Part shown: positions 35,118 to 45,048 of the stretch, piece by piece
How positions within the stretch are numbered: the stretch's first letter is position 1
Layout of the letters: each line of letters opens with the position of its first letter
DNA from: Pyrinomonadaceae bacterium
GTDB taxonomy: Bacteria; Acidobacteriota; Blastocatellia; Pyrinomonadales; Pyrinomonadaceae
Direction: 5' to 3'
NCBI GenBank assembly: GCA_046262135.1
Contig: JBHENH010000006.1
Location: 437 to 53,761 of the forward strand
Length of the DNA: 53,325 nt
Position numbers and translations under genes: made by a program
Notes under the pieces: model-generated
What the model saw: only the letters and a program-made list of their open reading frames with translations
Told to the model about the DNA's origin: nothing
Databases searched by the model: none

Positions 35118-35936
35118 TTTTGCGCGAGTGGCGCGAGTCAGCGTTCTATTGGCAAAAACACCTGAGCACTATCCGAACGATGTTCCAGCCTGTGACACAG
35201 GCGCTCATCGAGGATGCGGGCATCGTTGAAGGGCAATCAGTGTTGGATGTTGCTGGTGTTCCGGCGAGCCGTCGCTGACTATTGCTGAAACCGTCGGAGC
35301 AGAGGGCTCGGTTACTTGCACGGATGTAATCGCTGAAATGGTAGCCGGCGCTGAAATTGAGGCACAGCGCCGCGGGTTAACGAACGTAAAGTTTCAGCAA
35401 TGTTCGGCTGACTCGCTCCCTTTCGAAAATAAGACGTTCGATGCCGTTGTTTGCCGGCTGGGAGCAATGTTCTTTCCTGATCCGGTTGCTGCTTTGCGCG
35501 AGATGCTGCGGGTAACAAAGCAAGACGGCGCGATATCGTTTGCAGTATGGGACAAGAGAGAATTGAATCCTTTCGCCTACGCCGTCACCGACGTGGTCGC
35601 TCGTCATGTCGATGAGCCGCTTGACGACCCGAATGTACCAGGGGCGTTTCGTTTCGCCGAGTCTGGTGTTTTATCGGGACTCCTCAAGAATGCCGGAGCT
35701 TCGGACGTTACAGAACGACAGGTAAAGTTCTTAATTTCCGCCCTATCTCTCCCAAAAAATTTTGGTAGCAGCGTTCAGAGACCTCCGGTACACTCCGAGA
35801 GAAATTAGCTACCCTTGACGAACCGCAAGCGGATCTTGTGGGTAAACAAGTTCAAGGGGCGGTCCGCGAATTTTTCCGCAACAATCGAATGAGTTTCCCG
35901 GCTCAAATGATCCTCGTGACCGGAAAGAGACTATAG
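35118..35936 (+). pseudogene. Class I SAM-dependent methyltransferase (Methyltransf_11-like) with at least 2 frameshifts and an in-frame TAG
   Basis: Motif I reads VLDVAG then shifts frame (expected GGSGEPSLTIAETVGAEGSVTCTD is in the next frame near 35255). The body is 35338-35740 (FDAVVCRLGAMFFPDP). The true C-terminus LDEPQADLVGKQVQGAVREFFRNNRMSFPAQMILVTGKRL* is in another frame after TAG 35766-35768. Confidence 0.7.
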
Positions 35937-36161
35937 GAAGCTTGGGACTTCACTGGCGGAAATCTGAGAAGTCTTGCACTACACAACTCGCGGTCAACAT
36001 TCAAGGGGCTCCTCGGCCTGCACGTTTTGAGGATGGCAGATTCTTGGCCTCTTTTTCGGGAATGCCGGGACAATCGGGAACTTCGGGAAGGGATGAGGAA
36101 GCGCTTAAACTTTTGGAAACAAAAAAGGTTGCGATATCATAGCTACTAAACAAAAACATGT

Positions 36162-36236
<75 letters not shown>

Positions 36237-36308
36237 TTTTCTGCTAACCGTCCCCAGTTGATCTCCGCTCTGTAATCTGAATAAGAATATTTAGAGAACT
36301 CCAACTGA

Positions 36309-36339
36309 AAAGGGCCGCTCTCAACTAGAGCAGCCCTTT
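36309..36339. terminator. Hairpin between tRNA-Val and the convergent phosphatase gene (possible bidirectional terminator)
   Basis: aaagggc-c-gctct caact agagc-a-gcccttt is a 12-bp stem with one mismatch. T residues follow on the minus strand. Confidence 0.45.
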
Positions 36340-36360
36340 CCAGCAGACAATGCTAATTGG

Positions 36361-36960
36361 TTAGCGAGCAGCAGCAGTTACTTGACCAGATTCATCGGTA
36401 TGGTTTGCCTGGAATTGCTGCCAGTAGTCCTTTACGAAGGTCAGCTGTTTTCCATGACCGTTGCTGGTATAGAAGTCGTACTGCAACATCTCAGCGTATG
36501 CCTGGTCATAGTTCCATTTATCGTGGTTGAAACGGTATACAGCAGCCATCACTCCCGTGCGATGTCGCCCTCCGGCGCAGTGCACGTAAAACTTGCCGGT
36601 GGCTGGATCACCAGTAACCCTCAAAAACTCGTTTGCCTGGTCTATGGTCGGATAGGCTCTATCAACAATAGGAATATTAATGTACCGCATTCCAGCAGCT
36701 TCAACGGCGGGTTGTTCGCGCTCTTTCGAGTTGTCCGTCAAATCGATGACCGTCTTAATACCAAGTGCCGCCAGCTTTTGAAAATCTTCCGGTTTTGGCC
36801 GGGCGCCGCGATAAAAATTCTCGTCCATTTGCCCGAAGTTGCTGATCTTGATTCCAGGGAAATTACTCTTGTTTGACTTGCCAAAAGATAAAGCGGAAAT
36901 GGCCAAAATAAGCGATATGGTTGCGATAAAAACGGGCGAAAACTTTCTAATTGATTTCAT
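36361..36960 (-). CDS. Secreted protein-tyrosine / dual-specificity phosphatase family protein
   Basis: RBS gaggag, then ATG 36960. Signal peptide, then the CX5R active site HCAGGRHRTG. Confidence 0.8.
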   Translation of the reverse strand: MKSIRKFSPVFIATISLILAISALSFGKSNKSNFPGIKISNFGQMDENFYRGARPKPEDFQKLAALGIKTVIDLTDNSKEREQPAVEAAGMRYINIPIVDRAYPTIDQANEFLRVTGDPATGKFYVHCAGGRHRTGVMAAVYRFNHDKWNYDQAYAEMLQYDFYTSNGHGKQLTFVKDYWQQFQANHTDESGQVTAAAR

Positions 36961-37098
36961 TAAAAACTCCTCTGTAGTCAAACATGTTCATAACTTGGCT
37001 TGCTAAGGCCGGGATCGCGTTAATGTTGTCGGGGGTGCACTTAATTTCTCGGTGCTGCCTCGAGAAATCGAATGCCAACTGCTGCGGATAGTGACTAT

Positions 37099-37118
37099 TA
37101 ATTTCGCATAATTTCGCA
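37099..37118. repeat. Perfect tandem 10-mer (taatttcgca x2) upstream of the phosphatase gene
   Basis: Read directly at 37099-37108 and 37109-37118. A nearby 8-bp hairpin atttctcg/cgagaaat lies at 37044-37068. Confidence 0.5.
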
Positions 37119-37404
37119 TCAAACAACTGAATATAAGATTCAGAAACGGAGGAAAAAGTTGCATCGTTTGCGTGTACTTTTCCGGCTGTAAATTGCGTCC
37201 GTATTAGGTTTGTAATACCGCGGCAGGGCGGCCCAATAAAATATTTCAACACGAGAATCGCGGCTTCACGAGGTAGAACCCTGGGCCACGTCACGCGCCA
37301 AGTGAACGGTATTAAGCCACCCTTTCAGACTCAAGCAAAATGAGAGAGAGCTGCTACTGTTTTTTTCGCGCCTCTCCATGGAATCGCTCTATTGGGCTGG
37401 TATC

Positions 37405-38613
37405 TCATCTGTCCGGCACCGTTCGCGGTGTGAATTCGCCCAGGGTCGCGCGAATCTGCTGCTCGCGGCCGCCTCGCAAGATGGTCAACCTCACGTCTGT
37501 CCCTGGCTGCGTGCCGGCTACTGCATTTCGGAATACATTAGGTTCATTTACGTCAGAGCCGTTGAAGGCCATGATGACATCGCCTTTCTTGATGCCCGCT
37601 TTATCCGCGCCACTTCCCGGTTGTACATCGGCCACCAACAGTCCCTTTACATCTTTCATGTTGAGACTTGATGCAATTTCAGAGTTCATTTTTCGCACGA
37701 CTATCCCGAGTTGGCCGCGGCGAACCTTCCCGTTCTTTACGAGCGTCTCCATGACCGTGCGCGCCATATTTGACGGAATGGAGAATCCAATGCCGATACT
37801 GCCGCCTGACGGCGATAGTATTTGCGAATTGATGCCGATGAGTTCGCTGTTCGTGCTGACAAGCGCACCACCGGAATTGCCCTGATTGATCGGCGCGTCG
37901 GTCTGCAGAAAGTCTTCAAAGTTGCCGCTGCTAAGGCCCGTTTGGCGGCCCTTGGCGCTGATGATTCCCATAGTAACGGTTTGCCCGATGCCGAGAGGAT
38001 TGCCAATCGCAAGTACGACGTCACCGACGCGAACACGGTCCGAATCACCGAGCGCGAGGACAGGTAAATTCGAAGCATCGATTTTCAATACTGCCAGATC
38101 GCTGAGAGGATCCAGGCCAATGACTTTTGCGTCCAATGTGCGATTGTCGTTTAGGTCCACCTTAATTTGTTCAGCGCCGTCAACCACATGGTGATTGGTC
38201 AGAATGTAACCATCGGTGGTTATGATAACGCCGGAGCCCAGCCCTTCTCGGCGTTGATCCGCAGGTGGTTGGGGTATCCGGTCACCAAAGAATTGCCGGA
38301 ACATCGGATCGTCCATAAACGGATACTGCTGCGGCGCACGCACTCGCATTTGTGAGTGAATCGTAATGACTGCAGGCGAAACCCGGCTCACGACGTCGGC
38401 ATACGAGACAACCGGAACCCCTGAACTTCCCGGAGGGCCGTTATTAATTGGAGGGTTATTGACGCCCGGGTCTGATGTCGTTGCGAAACGCACGGGCGAG
38501 GAGCTGTTACGGTTACACGCCCCTAAAAAGAATAGAGACCCCACCAGAGTTAGCGTAACGCATATTCGAGCCGCCACACTTCTTCTACAAAACATTAATC
38601 TCTTGCCGTTCAT
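37405..38613 (-). CDS. htrA: HtrA/DegP-family periplasmic serine protease with one PDZ domain
   Basis: LGSGVIITTDGYILTNHHVV, DLAVLKI and TDAPINQGNSGGALV (catalytic triad). A C-terminal PDZ domain is present. RBS ggagagg, then ATG 38613. Confidence 0.9.
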   Translation of the reverse strand: MNGKRLMFCRRSVAARICVTLTLVGSLFFLGACNRNSSSPVRFATTSDPGVNNPPINNGPPGSSGVPVVSYADVVSRVSPAVITIHSQMRVRAPQQYPFMDDPMFRQFFGDRIPQPPADQRREGLGSGVIITTDGYILTNHHVVDGAEQIKVDLNDNRTLDAKVIGLDPLSDLAVLKIDASNLPVLALGDSDRVRVGDVVLAIGNPLGIGQTVTMGIISAKGRQTGLSSGNFEDFLQTDAPINQGNSGGALVSTNSELIGINSQILSPSGGSIGIGFSIPSNMARTVMETLVKNGKVRRGQLGIVVRKMNSEIASSLNMKDVKGLLVADVQPGSGADKAGIKKGDVIMAFNGSDVNEPNVFRNAVAGTQPGTDVRLTILRGGREQQIRATLGEFTPRTVPDR

Positions 38614-39023
38614 CACCTCTCCTCGCTTACTTACAATTGCGTATTCGTCCGCGCCGCGAATCCTTTTCAGACTGCGGGTAGAGCAACGCCGGCCCAATAT
38701 TAGTGATGCGACACCGCTCAGCGCCAGCAGCCACTCACCCTTAATATGTTTGTGCAACTGAATGGGGGGCCCATTTTCAACCGCTCAAGCCACAATCGCC
38801 CTCGCGGCGATTAAGATCAGTAGTACTAGCGCCGTTATCGGAGGAGCCACAAACGCGAGCATGGAGGTGCAGTTCGTGTAGGCTTCTGTTTGTGTCGACC
38901 GGGACGGAAACATGTGTCGGCGGAGCTCATCAAATCATTCGCGCCAAATTTTAGTTCGCAGGCTTCGTTTTTAGCCAGTCGTTGCAACGCACTGTAATAG
39001 CTATGGGGGAATATCCTACGATC

Positions 39024-39060
39024 CAACAAGAAAACCCGTCTAACCGAAGTTGAACGGGTT
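39024..39060 (-). terminator. Putative intrinsic terminator after the small secreted-protein gene
   Basis: On the minus strand, aacccgt-(14-nt loop)-acgggtt is followed by ttttctt. Confidence 0.5.
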
Positions 39061-39155
39061 ATTGACACCAAAATCTAACTCGCAAATTGCTTTAAGCCTG
39101 GGGCTCAGCGCCCGGAGATCTGGCTACGAGAAGATAACCATTTGGATCCAACGTT

Positions 39156-39383
39156 TTAAGGTTTTCCTTTCCTACCTCCGTCCCTCTTGTCCCCCTGCCC
39201 ACGACCTTGGTTGTTGTTGCTCGGCGGCGGTTTTTCGTCCTTCGGCCGGACGACTACTTTGTTGTCGTCCTTCGGTGGACGCTTGTCGCCTCCCTGTTTT
39301 TGGGCGTAGACCCCCATTGGCGCCCCAATCAGGAGCAAAGAGCCCATTAATAGCACCAGTAATTTTCGCTTCAAGTCAACCAT
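39156..39383 (-). CDS. Small secreted, highly charged low-complexity protein (75 aa)
   Basis: Strong RBS gaggaggag upstream of ATG 39383. Signal peptide LLVLLMGSLLLIGAPMGVYA. The mature part is rich in K, R, D, G and P (QKQGGDKRPPKDDNKVVVRPKDEKPPPSNNNQGRGQGDKRDGGRKGKP). Confidence 0.6.
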   Translation of the reverse strand: MVDLKRKLLVLLMGSLLLIGAPMGVYAQKQGGDKRPPKDDNKVVVRPKDEKPPPSNNNQGRGQGDKRDGGRKGKP

Positions 39384-39583
39384 CGAATTTCACTCCTCCT
39401 CATGCATTTATAAAGCGCGGATAGGAGGGAGAAAGAGTCGCGCCGACCTAAATCGAGCAAGAACGATGCCAGAATATACTGGCCCCAATCTCTCGATCAG
39501 GCGTAATTATTGAGTGGTAAACCCGATTTTGCGCACGCTTTCGCACTATTTCGCACCGTATCGTGCAGCCGGACATAAATAAG

Positions 39584-41818
39584 CTAACGCCGAACTGTTA
39601 CGCTAAGCGTGCCCACATTGCCGCTTCCGTCGAACGCCCGCAGGCTGACTGTATGTTCCCCCGCAGCGATTGATTGCAGATCGATTCCATACCGTTCATG
39701 GCCACTGTCGGCAATTCCGTCCTCTGGAAATAAAGGGTTCCACGGCGCTCCATCGAGACTGTAGTCGGCCCTTTTTATTTTTCCTGTGGCATCGTCAACG
39801 TCAAAAACCGCGCGGTTAGTATTCCCTGGCGGTTGAGCCGCGGCCACGGCCTTAACCGCTGGCGGCGTGTTATCAATGTCTACGGGCTCGCTTAAACGTT
39901 CGCCTGTAAGCGCCTGACCAAGCGGATTGTCCGGCGAATCGGAAGCAATGATCCTAATAATGTAGCGACCGTCGGCCAGCGTGGCGCCATCGATGGTATA
40001 AAAGTTGTCGCGCAGTTTATCCTTCAACAATCTGAACTGAGTTTCGTTAAGCGGGCGGTAATAAATGGAGTACTCCAGCGTGTCGCCATTCCGGTCCTCC
40101 GCCTGCCATTGGAAAGATCGCGCCCCCCGTTGAAAGAGTCGTCGCGGTGCAGCCTGAGCGACCGCCCCGAATAGCGAAGGATCCAGCCCAGACGATTCGA
40201 CGTTGGGATCCACCTGCATTTGGGCGACCTGTTGAAGTCCCACACCTATCGGCAGCGAGGTAATGGAAAGGACCTCAGGAGCCACATTTCGCGGTAAATA
40301 AGCGAGACTGGCGTTTTCCATCCAGGTCTGGCCAGGCGTGCCCGCAGATTTGAGTACAGCTCGCCACTGAATAAAGCGAGCACGAGGACTCGAGATTTGA
40401 CTCCCTTGCGGGTCCCGATATCCGGGGCTCCAATCGCTCCAGGTCGCGTCAGGTCGCTCGCCGTTTCCGGATCGCGTCTGCAGTTCCACGTTACCGCTCC
40501 CCCGCCACCAAATACGACCCCAATACGACGTGAGTTTTGCGTCGCGGACTGGCGACTCATACGACCCTTCAACAACGAGATCTTTGCCAAAACGAAAGAG
40601 CTTGCCCTGGTTGCTTGAGGCCGCATATATCTCGCCGGAGCGGGCGAGAAAGGATGAAATCTGGCCTTCGGTGGACTGTAAAAGAAGGGTGTCGCGTCCG
40701 TCATTTGTTACCGAGTAAACCCGGCCCTTGTCGGCGGTTCCAATTAAGACGCTTCCGGATTGCAAACCGGGAGCTATAGCGAATGCTGTGATAGATGACG
40801 AGCTCCATATCACATCAGTCCCACCATCAGGGAGAATGCGGAAGACGGCGCTGCGAGCGCTGGAGGTGTCGGTGCGGCTGCGCGTGGCTTGCGCGGCCGA
40901 TTGAATCGGGGCGCCACTTTCATCAATCTGTGTGATTGTTACCGACGTGGCCGGGGTGTTACCACCTTCGGCAGTTTGCAACGCGGGTACCGCCGGTGAA
41001 GACTGGCGCCCAGATGCCGCCTCGCTAAGGGCGAGCGCATAAATCGAACCGTCGCTGGCGGGTGCGATCGCATGTATTTCACGCAAAGGCGAATCAAACA
41101 GCGCGAAAGCTTTTCCCTCCGGCGAAACGCGGAGTACTAATCCTCCAGGGTCCGTTCCGGCGATTAAGTCGCCCTGCTGAGTAACCGCCAGGGACATTAC
41201 GTGTGTCTGGCTGGTGGCGATTAAGAGGGACGACTCAGGCTTTGCGCCCGCTGCTCGCACCCGATAAAGCTTCCCGCTGTCGCCCGTGCCTACGGCCAAC
41301 GATCCATCTGTAAGAAGCGCCAACGACCAGATGTATTTATCAGCCGAGTCAAAAAACACCTCCGCGTGCCCATCTGAAGTGATGCGGTAAACTTTCCCAT
41401 CGGGGGAGGTTCCAGCATAGATTGCGCCATCGCGTGTCGCAGCCAACGCCGTCACGTCCAGTTCAGGCGCGTCATACAGCAGCGAGCCGCGACCGTCCGG
41501 CGAAACACGAAAGATTTTTCCGTCATGGCCCGTGCCGAGATAAATGTTGCCTTGATTATCGACTGCACTGGACCAGATGAACGCTTGTTCGGTGTTGAAT
41601 AGCTCGCTAACGCGGGGCGCTAACATCAGCATCCCGGTATCGCTGATAGACACGCCGCGAGCATCGCCTTTCAGCAATTCAGCTCGACCGGTTGTTTCCC
41701 AGATAACCGGCTGGCCCGCGTGTATTGCAAGAGATGAACCGGTAATGAATATGAACCCGACTAACAAACCAATAAGTTCTTGTCTTAATGTTCTTTGAAA
41801 CATTTTATTAAGCTTCAC
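39584..41818 (-). CDS. Large secreted beta-propeller repeat protein with a C-terminal Ig/FN3-like region
   Basis: Signal/anchor at the N-terminus. Repeats of the form (I/L)Y.GT...GK(I/V/L)(F/Y)R(V/I)..DG occur at least 6 times. The start is GTG 41818 or ATG 41803. Confidence 0.75.
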   Translation of the reverse strand: MKLNKMFQRTLRQELIGLLVGFIFITGSSLAIHAGQPVIWETTGRAELLKGDARGVSISDTGMLMLAPRVSELFNTEQAFIWSSAVDNQGNIYLGTGHDGKIFRVSPDGRGSLLYDAPELDVTALAATRDGAIYAGTSPDGKVYRITSDGHAEVFFDSADKYIWSLALLTDGSLAVGTGDSGKLYRVRAAGAKPESSLLIATSQTHVMSLAVTQQGDLIAGTDPGGLVLRVSPEGKAFALFDSPLREIHAIAPASDGSIYALALSEAASGRQSSPAVPALQTAEGGNTPATSVTITQIDESGAPIQSAAQATRSRTDTSSARSAVFRILPDGGTDVIWSSSSITAFAIAPGLQSGSVLIGTADKGRVYSVTNDGRDTLLLQSTEGQISSFLARSGEIYAASSNQGKLFRFGKDLVVEGSYESPVRDAKLTSYWGRIWWRGSGNVELQTRSGNGERPDATWSDWSPGYRDPQGSQISSPRARFIQWRAVLKSAGTPGQTWMENASLAYLPRNVAPEVLSITSLPIGVGLQQVAQMQVDPNVESSGLDPSLFGAVAQAAPRRLFQRGARSFQWQAEDRNGDTLEYSIYYRPLNETQFRLLKDKLRDNFYTIDGATLADGRYIIRIIASDSPDNPLGQALTGERLSEPVDIDNTPPAVKAVAAAQPPGNTNRAVFDVDDATGKIKRADYSLDGAPWNPLFPEDGIADSGHERYGIDLQSIAAGEHTVSLRAFDGSGNVGTLSVTVRR

Positions 41819-41826
41819 AGTTCAGT

Positions 41827-42846
41827 TTAATTTCCTATGTACTTAGCGTATAGCGATCGGGCGGTTTTGATCTCACTCGTCCCTCGAATTATCGATCGCG
41901 CGTCTTGAAATACCGTTACTTCAAACTCCCCTGTCTTGAAGCGTAGAAGATGCTCATTAAATTTCACGTCTCCAGTTGCCTGCAATTTCGTCGCCAGTTC
42001 TTTGAAGTCAACTTTCGTCAGTTGGCCGGGGGAGATTTGGACCGCGTTGCGTCCGCACAAAACCGCAGCAAATTCTCCGGAAGCGGGTTCGAGCGTTGTG
42101 TACTCTCCCTGAGCACATGTTGGGCAGTCGCGCGAGGGCGCTCCCGGATTGATTTTCCGCCACTCGTTTCGCCAAACGTCAAATTGCATAAGCGATCGGT
42201 GAAGGTCCTCCTTTCGTCCGGACAACAGCTTCAAGGCCTCTGCCACCTGAACAGCGGCAACGACGCTGATAATCGGCATGATCACACCGGCAGTGTCACA
42301 CGTCGGCGCACTGGCCGCGGGCGGCGCTTCTTCAAAAATACAACGCAGACAAGGAGTATGATGCGGCTGGATGGTCATCGTAACGCCATACGATCCGACC
42401 GCCGCGCCATAAATCCAGTTTACGTCCAGTTTGACGCAGGCATCATTGATGAGATATCGGGTGGCAAAATTGTCAGTTCCATCCAGCACAACGTCGCAGT
42501 CCTCGATAAGTCGCTCAATGTTTGAATAATTTACGTCTGAAACTTCAGCCTCGATTTCGATCTCGCTATTGATCTCGCGAATGTGGTTGGCCGCGGCAAT
42601 TGCTTTCGGCACACGATCGCACGCATCGCGTTCCGTAAACATTGTCTGTCTCTGAAGATTTGAAGGCTCCACGAAATCTCGATCCACTATTCGCAGCCGA
42701 GCAACTCCCGCGCGGGCCAGACTCTCAGCCTGCGCAGAACCCAAGGCTCCGCAACCGACAATCAGCGCTCGAGATGCCAGTAAGCGCCGTTGCCCGTCTT
42801 CGCCGATGCCGGCGAATAGAATCTGCCGATTATAACGTTCGTTCAT
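41827..42846 (-). CDS. ThiF/MoeB/HesA-family E1-like adenylyltransferase (long MoeB type)
   Basis: RYNRQILFAGIGEDGQRRL..IVGCGALGSAQAESLARAGV..IVDRDFVEPSNLQRQ. Two CxxC pairs are present (CLRC, CPTC). Confidence 0.85.
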   Translation of the reverse strand: MNERYNRQILFAGIGEDGQRRLLASRALIVGCGALGSAQAESLARAGVARLRIVDRDFVEPSNLQRQTMFTERDACDRVPKAIAAANHIREINSEIEIEAEVSDVNYSNIERLIEDCDVVLDGTDNFATRYLINDACVKLDVNWIYGAAVGSYGVTMTIQPHHTPCLRCIFEEAPPAASAPTCDTAGVIMPIISVVAAVQVAEALKLLSGRKEDLHRSLMQFDVWRNEWRKINPGAPSRDCPTCAQGEYTTLEPASGEFAAVLCGRNAVQISPGQLTKVDFKELATKLQATGDVKFNEHLLRFKTGEFEVTVFQDARSIIRGTSEIKTARSLYAKYIGN

Positions 42847-44380
42847 GTTCCGATTTCAGCGCTCGTTCTGCAGCCTCAAGCATTACATCCACAGGAGGCG
42901 AAATTCCCGTCCAAAGCTGAAACTGTTCTGCTGCCTGGGCCACCAGCATCCCCAAACCGCCCAACGTATCGCACTTGGCGTCGCGCGCCAGTTGCATGAA
43001 TTTTGTCTCCTTTGGATTGTAAACCAAGTCGTAGGCCAACCGCGCACCGCGGAGCTGATCAGCCGTGGCGGGCGTTTCGGACTCCAGCTCTCCAGCCGTT
43101 CCCAGGGGTGTAGCGTTTATTACTACCTCGAATGAGCCATACACCGCTGCCTCCAACGATTGCCAGCGAGTGCCGAATCTTTCGGCGAGGGCCTGAGCTT
43201 TCCGAACGTTCCGGGCAAACACGGTCACGCTTGCGGCTTCGCCGGTCAGGGCCCACACAACTGCATTCGCAGCGCCTCCAGTCCCAATCACGGCGCAGCG
43301 TGCGTCGCGTAACTGGCCTACTCGTGCCATTAGCGGCTTTAGGAATCCGTCGCCGTCGGTGTTATGGCCCTCGACTAGATTTCCAGTGATCCGAATCGTA
43401 TTTGCGGCACCAATTTGTTTCGCGGCGGGTGAAGTCCAACCCAGATGGTCCATTACAGGGACTTTGTGCGGAGCCGTTATGCTGAGGCCGCGTATATTCC
43501 AATCAATTTCTTTTGTGTCAGGAATAAGCATTCTTCGGATAAATGGTTCAAGCAAGTGAACCTGCAATGGAACATAGACCGCGTTAATGCCCAGAGCAGC
43601 AAACGCCGCATTGTGCATATATGGCGACAAAGAGTGGGATACGGGTTCCCCGATCACACCGAAGATTTCCGTCTCCTCATTAATATTTTGAACCCTATAA
43701 ACATCCAGTAATTCGCGGGCTGTAATCTGTCCAGGGGCTGTTCCGTTTTCCACTTCGAGAGCCCCGTAAGTCAGAAAAGCGCCGCGCGCGGGCCCTAAAA
43801 TGCGCGTAACAACTCCGGCACTGCCCATAGCAATGGCAATCATCTCAATTCCATCTTTCCGCGCGCGCCCCAGGAGTTGAAACATCGGGATGCAGTCCGT
43901 CACGTCATTTGCTTGCACTGCAAATTTTAAGATCCTGGCCGGACCCTTTAACATCCGCTCGTAGATTTCCACGATATTGTCAGGGATGCGAACAAAATTG
44001 TGGTACGAGCAGATAACCCGGGTCCAATCCAAATCCTCGCCACATTCGAGCAGTGAAGGCGCCGTTGCGACATCAAATTCAATATCAAAGTAATCGGCGA
44101 CCGGACGATTAAATAACCAGAAAAGTAATCGAGATTTAGCATCCAGCTGTCGCTTACCCCCCTGCTCGGCGGGCCGGAGAGTAACGATAACGGGTTTCCG
44201 AATTTTCTTGAGAACTGGACTGAGGTTAGAGAAGTATTCAGCACTTTCAGACGACCCGAGACAATCGAGTCTGACTTCGATTAAGTCCCCGAGTTCGGCA
44301 GCCACGAGACCCGCTCGCTCCAACGCGTCGATGGTCGGTTCGCAGATCGGAACACAAATTCGTTGTTGATTTGTTTTCAT
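42830..44380 (-). CDS. Bifunctional type I 3-dehydroquinate dehydratase / shikimate dehydrogenase (AroD-AroE fusion)
   Basis: N-terminus RICVPICEPT..LIEVRLDCL (type I DHQase). C-terminus FGVIGEPVSHSLSPYMHNAAF..NTDGDGF..VIGTGGAANAV (AroE). Confidence 0.85.
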   Translation of the reverse strand: MKTNQQRICVPICEPTIDALERAGLVAAELGDLIEVRLDCLGSSESAEYFSNLSPVLKKIRKPVIVTLRPAEQGGKRQLDAKSRLLFWLFNRPVADYFDIEFDVATAPSLLECGEDLDWTRVICSYHNFVRIPDNIVEIYERMLKGPARILKFAVQANDVTDCIPMFQLLGRARKDGIEMIAIAMGSAGVVTRILGPARGAFLTYGALEVENGTAPGQITARELLDVYRVQNINEETEIFGVIGEPVSHSLSPYMHNAAFAALGINAVYVPLQVHLLEPFIRRMLIPDTKEIDWNIRGLSITAPHKVPVMDHLGWTSPAAKQIGAANTIRITGNLVEGHNTDGDGFLKPLMARVGQLRDARCAVIGTGGAANAVVWALTGEAASVTVFARNVRKAQALAERFGTRWQSLEAAVYGSFEVVINATPLGTAGELESETPATADQLRGARLAYDLVYNPKETKFMQLARDAKCDTLGGLGMLVAQAAEQFQLWTGISPPVDVMLEAAERALKSEHERTL

Positions 44381-44474
44381 CAGAAACTACAAGGCGATGC
44401 TCCTCTATAACCGAAAAGACCGGAGCATCGCCCACTGGAATTTTTATAAACTAAGTACGTCACCCCTAAAAAGC

Positions 44475-45008
44475 TTATTTTCGAACTTCACTCGGCGTCT
44501 CGAGATGCTTTGTAGGTGTTTCTGCGCCGAGGTGTCGTGTAGTGCCTTCAGTAACGCTAGGTGGCGGCGCGATTAGCTCGCCCGTGTTGCGAGACGGAAA
44601 AGCCTCCGCGCTGGACGGCCGAAATTGGGGTGGGCGGGCCGCTTCTCCAACCGACACTCGTCTTTCGCTCTCTCGAACACGGACGTACTGTGCAAGACCT
44701 GTTGCCATCATTGAAAATGCGGGGATTAGCATCCAGAACCACCAACTACCACCCATCCGCGAAAACGCAAGCGCTATCGCCACAAGCAGGAAGGCGATTC
44801 CCATGAAAACATTTTTGAATGCGCGCTCCAGACTTGGCTTGTCTCGATCTCTTCGTCGTGAGCGCCTGCTCATTGGTTCATCATAATCCTCTGCGTCTCG
44901 GGCTAACTGGCCCGTTAGCGCTTGGGGAATCAGGCTGATGTTTGCTCCACAGGAGCGACAGTAACTGGCGCCATCAAGGTTTTGCGTTGCACACTTTGGA
45001 CAAAACAT
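44475..45008 (-). CDS. Zinc-ribbon domain membrane protein
   Basis: MFCPKCATQNLDGASYCRSCGA followed by two transmembrane segments. Confidence 0.7.
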   Translation of the reverse strand: MFCPKCATQNLDGASYCRSCGANISLIPQALTGQLARDAEDYDEPMSRRSRRRDRDKPSLERAFKNVFMGIAFLLVAIALAFSRMGGSWWFWMLIPAFSMMATGLAQYVRVRESERRVSVGEAARPPQFRPSSAEAFPSRNTGELIAPPPSVTEGTTRHLGAETPTKHLETPSEVRK

Positions 45009-45048
45009 TTCTACCTCCGATCACGCTTCAGGTGTACCGACATCATTT

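Noticed and set aside
36947-37294. A 115-aa minus-strand ORF lies between htrA and the phosphatase gene.
   Set aside because: It overlaps the phosphatase start region, has no recognisable domain or RBS, and lies in an AT-richer spacer. It is probably non-coding.
37340-38761. Long plus-strand ORFs lie opposite htrA (37340-37885 and 38366-38761). Similar antisense ORFs lie opposite other genes (for example 3913-4407, 8598-8948, 40246-40704 and 26890-27718).
   Set aside because: These are shadow ORFs on the opposite strand of, or overlapping in another frame, clearly homologous genes. Their composition is Arg, Ser and Pro-rich nonsense typical of GC-rich antisense frames.
41827-42846. The ThiF-like E1 could be part of a novel ubiquitin-like conjugation system.
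   Set aside because: Its length and C-terminal region resemble the long MoeB type. There is no ThiS/MoaD-like small ORF, JAB peptidase or E2-like gene adjacent. It overlaps aroD/E in an ordinary biosynthetic context.
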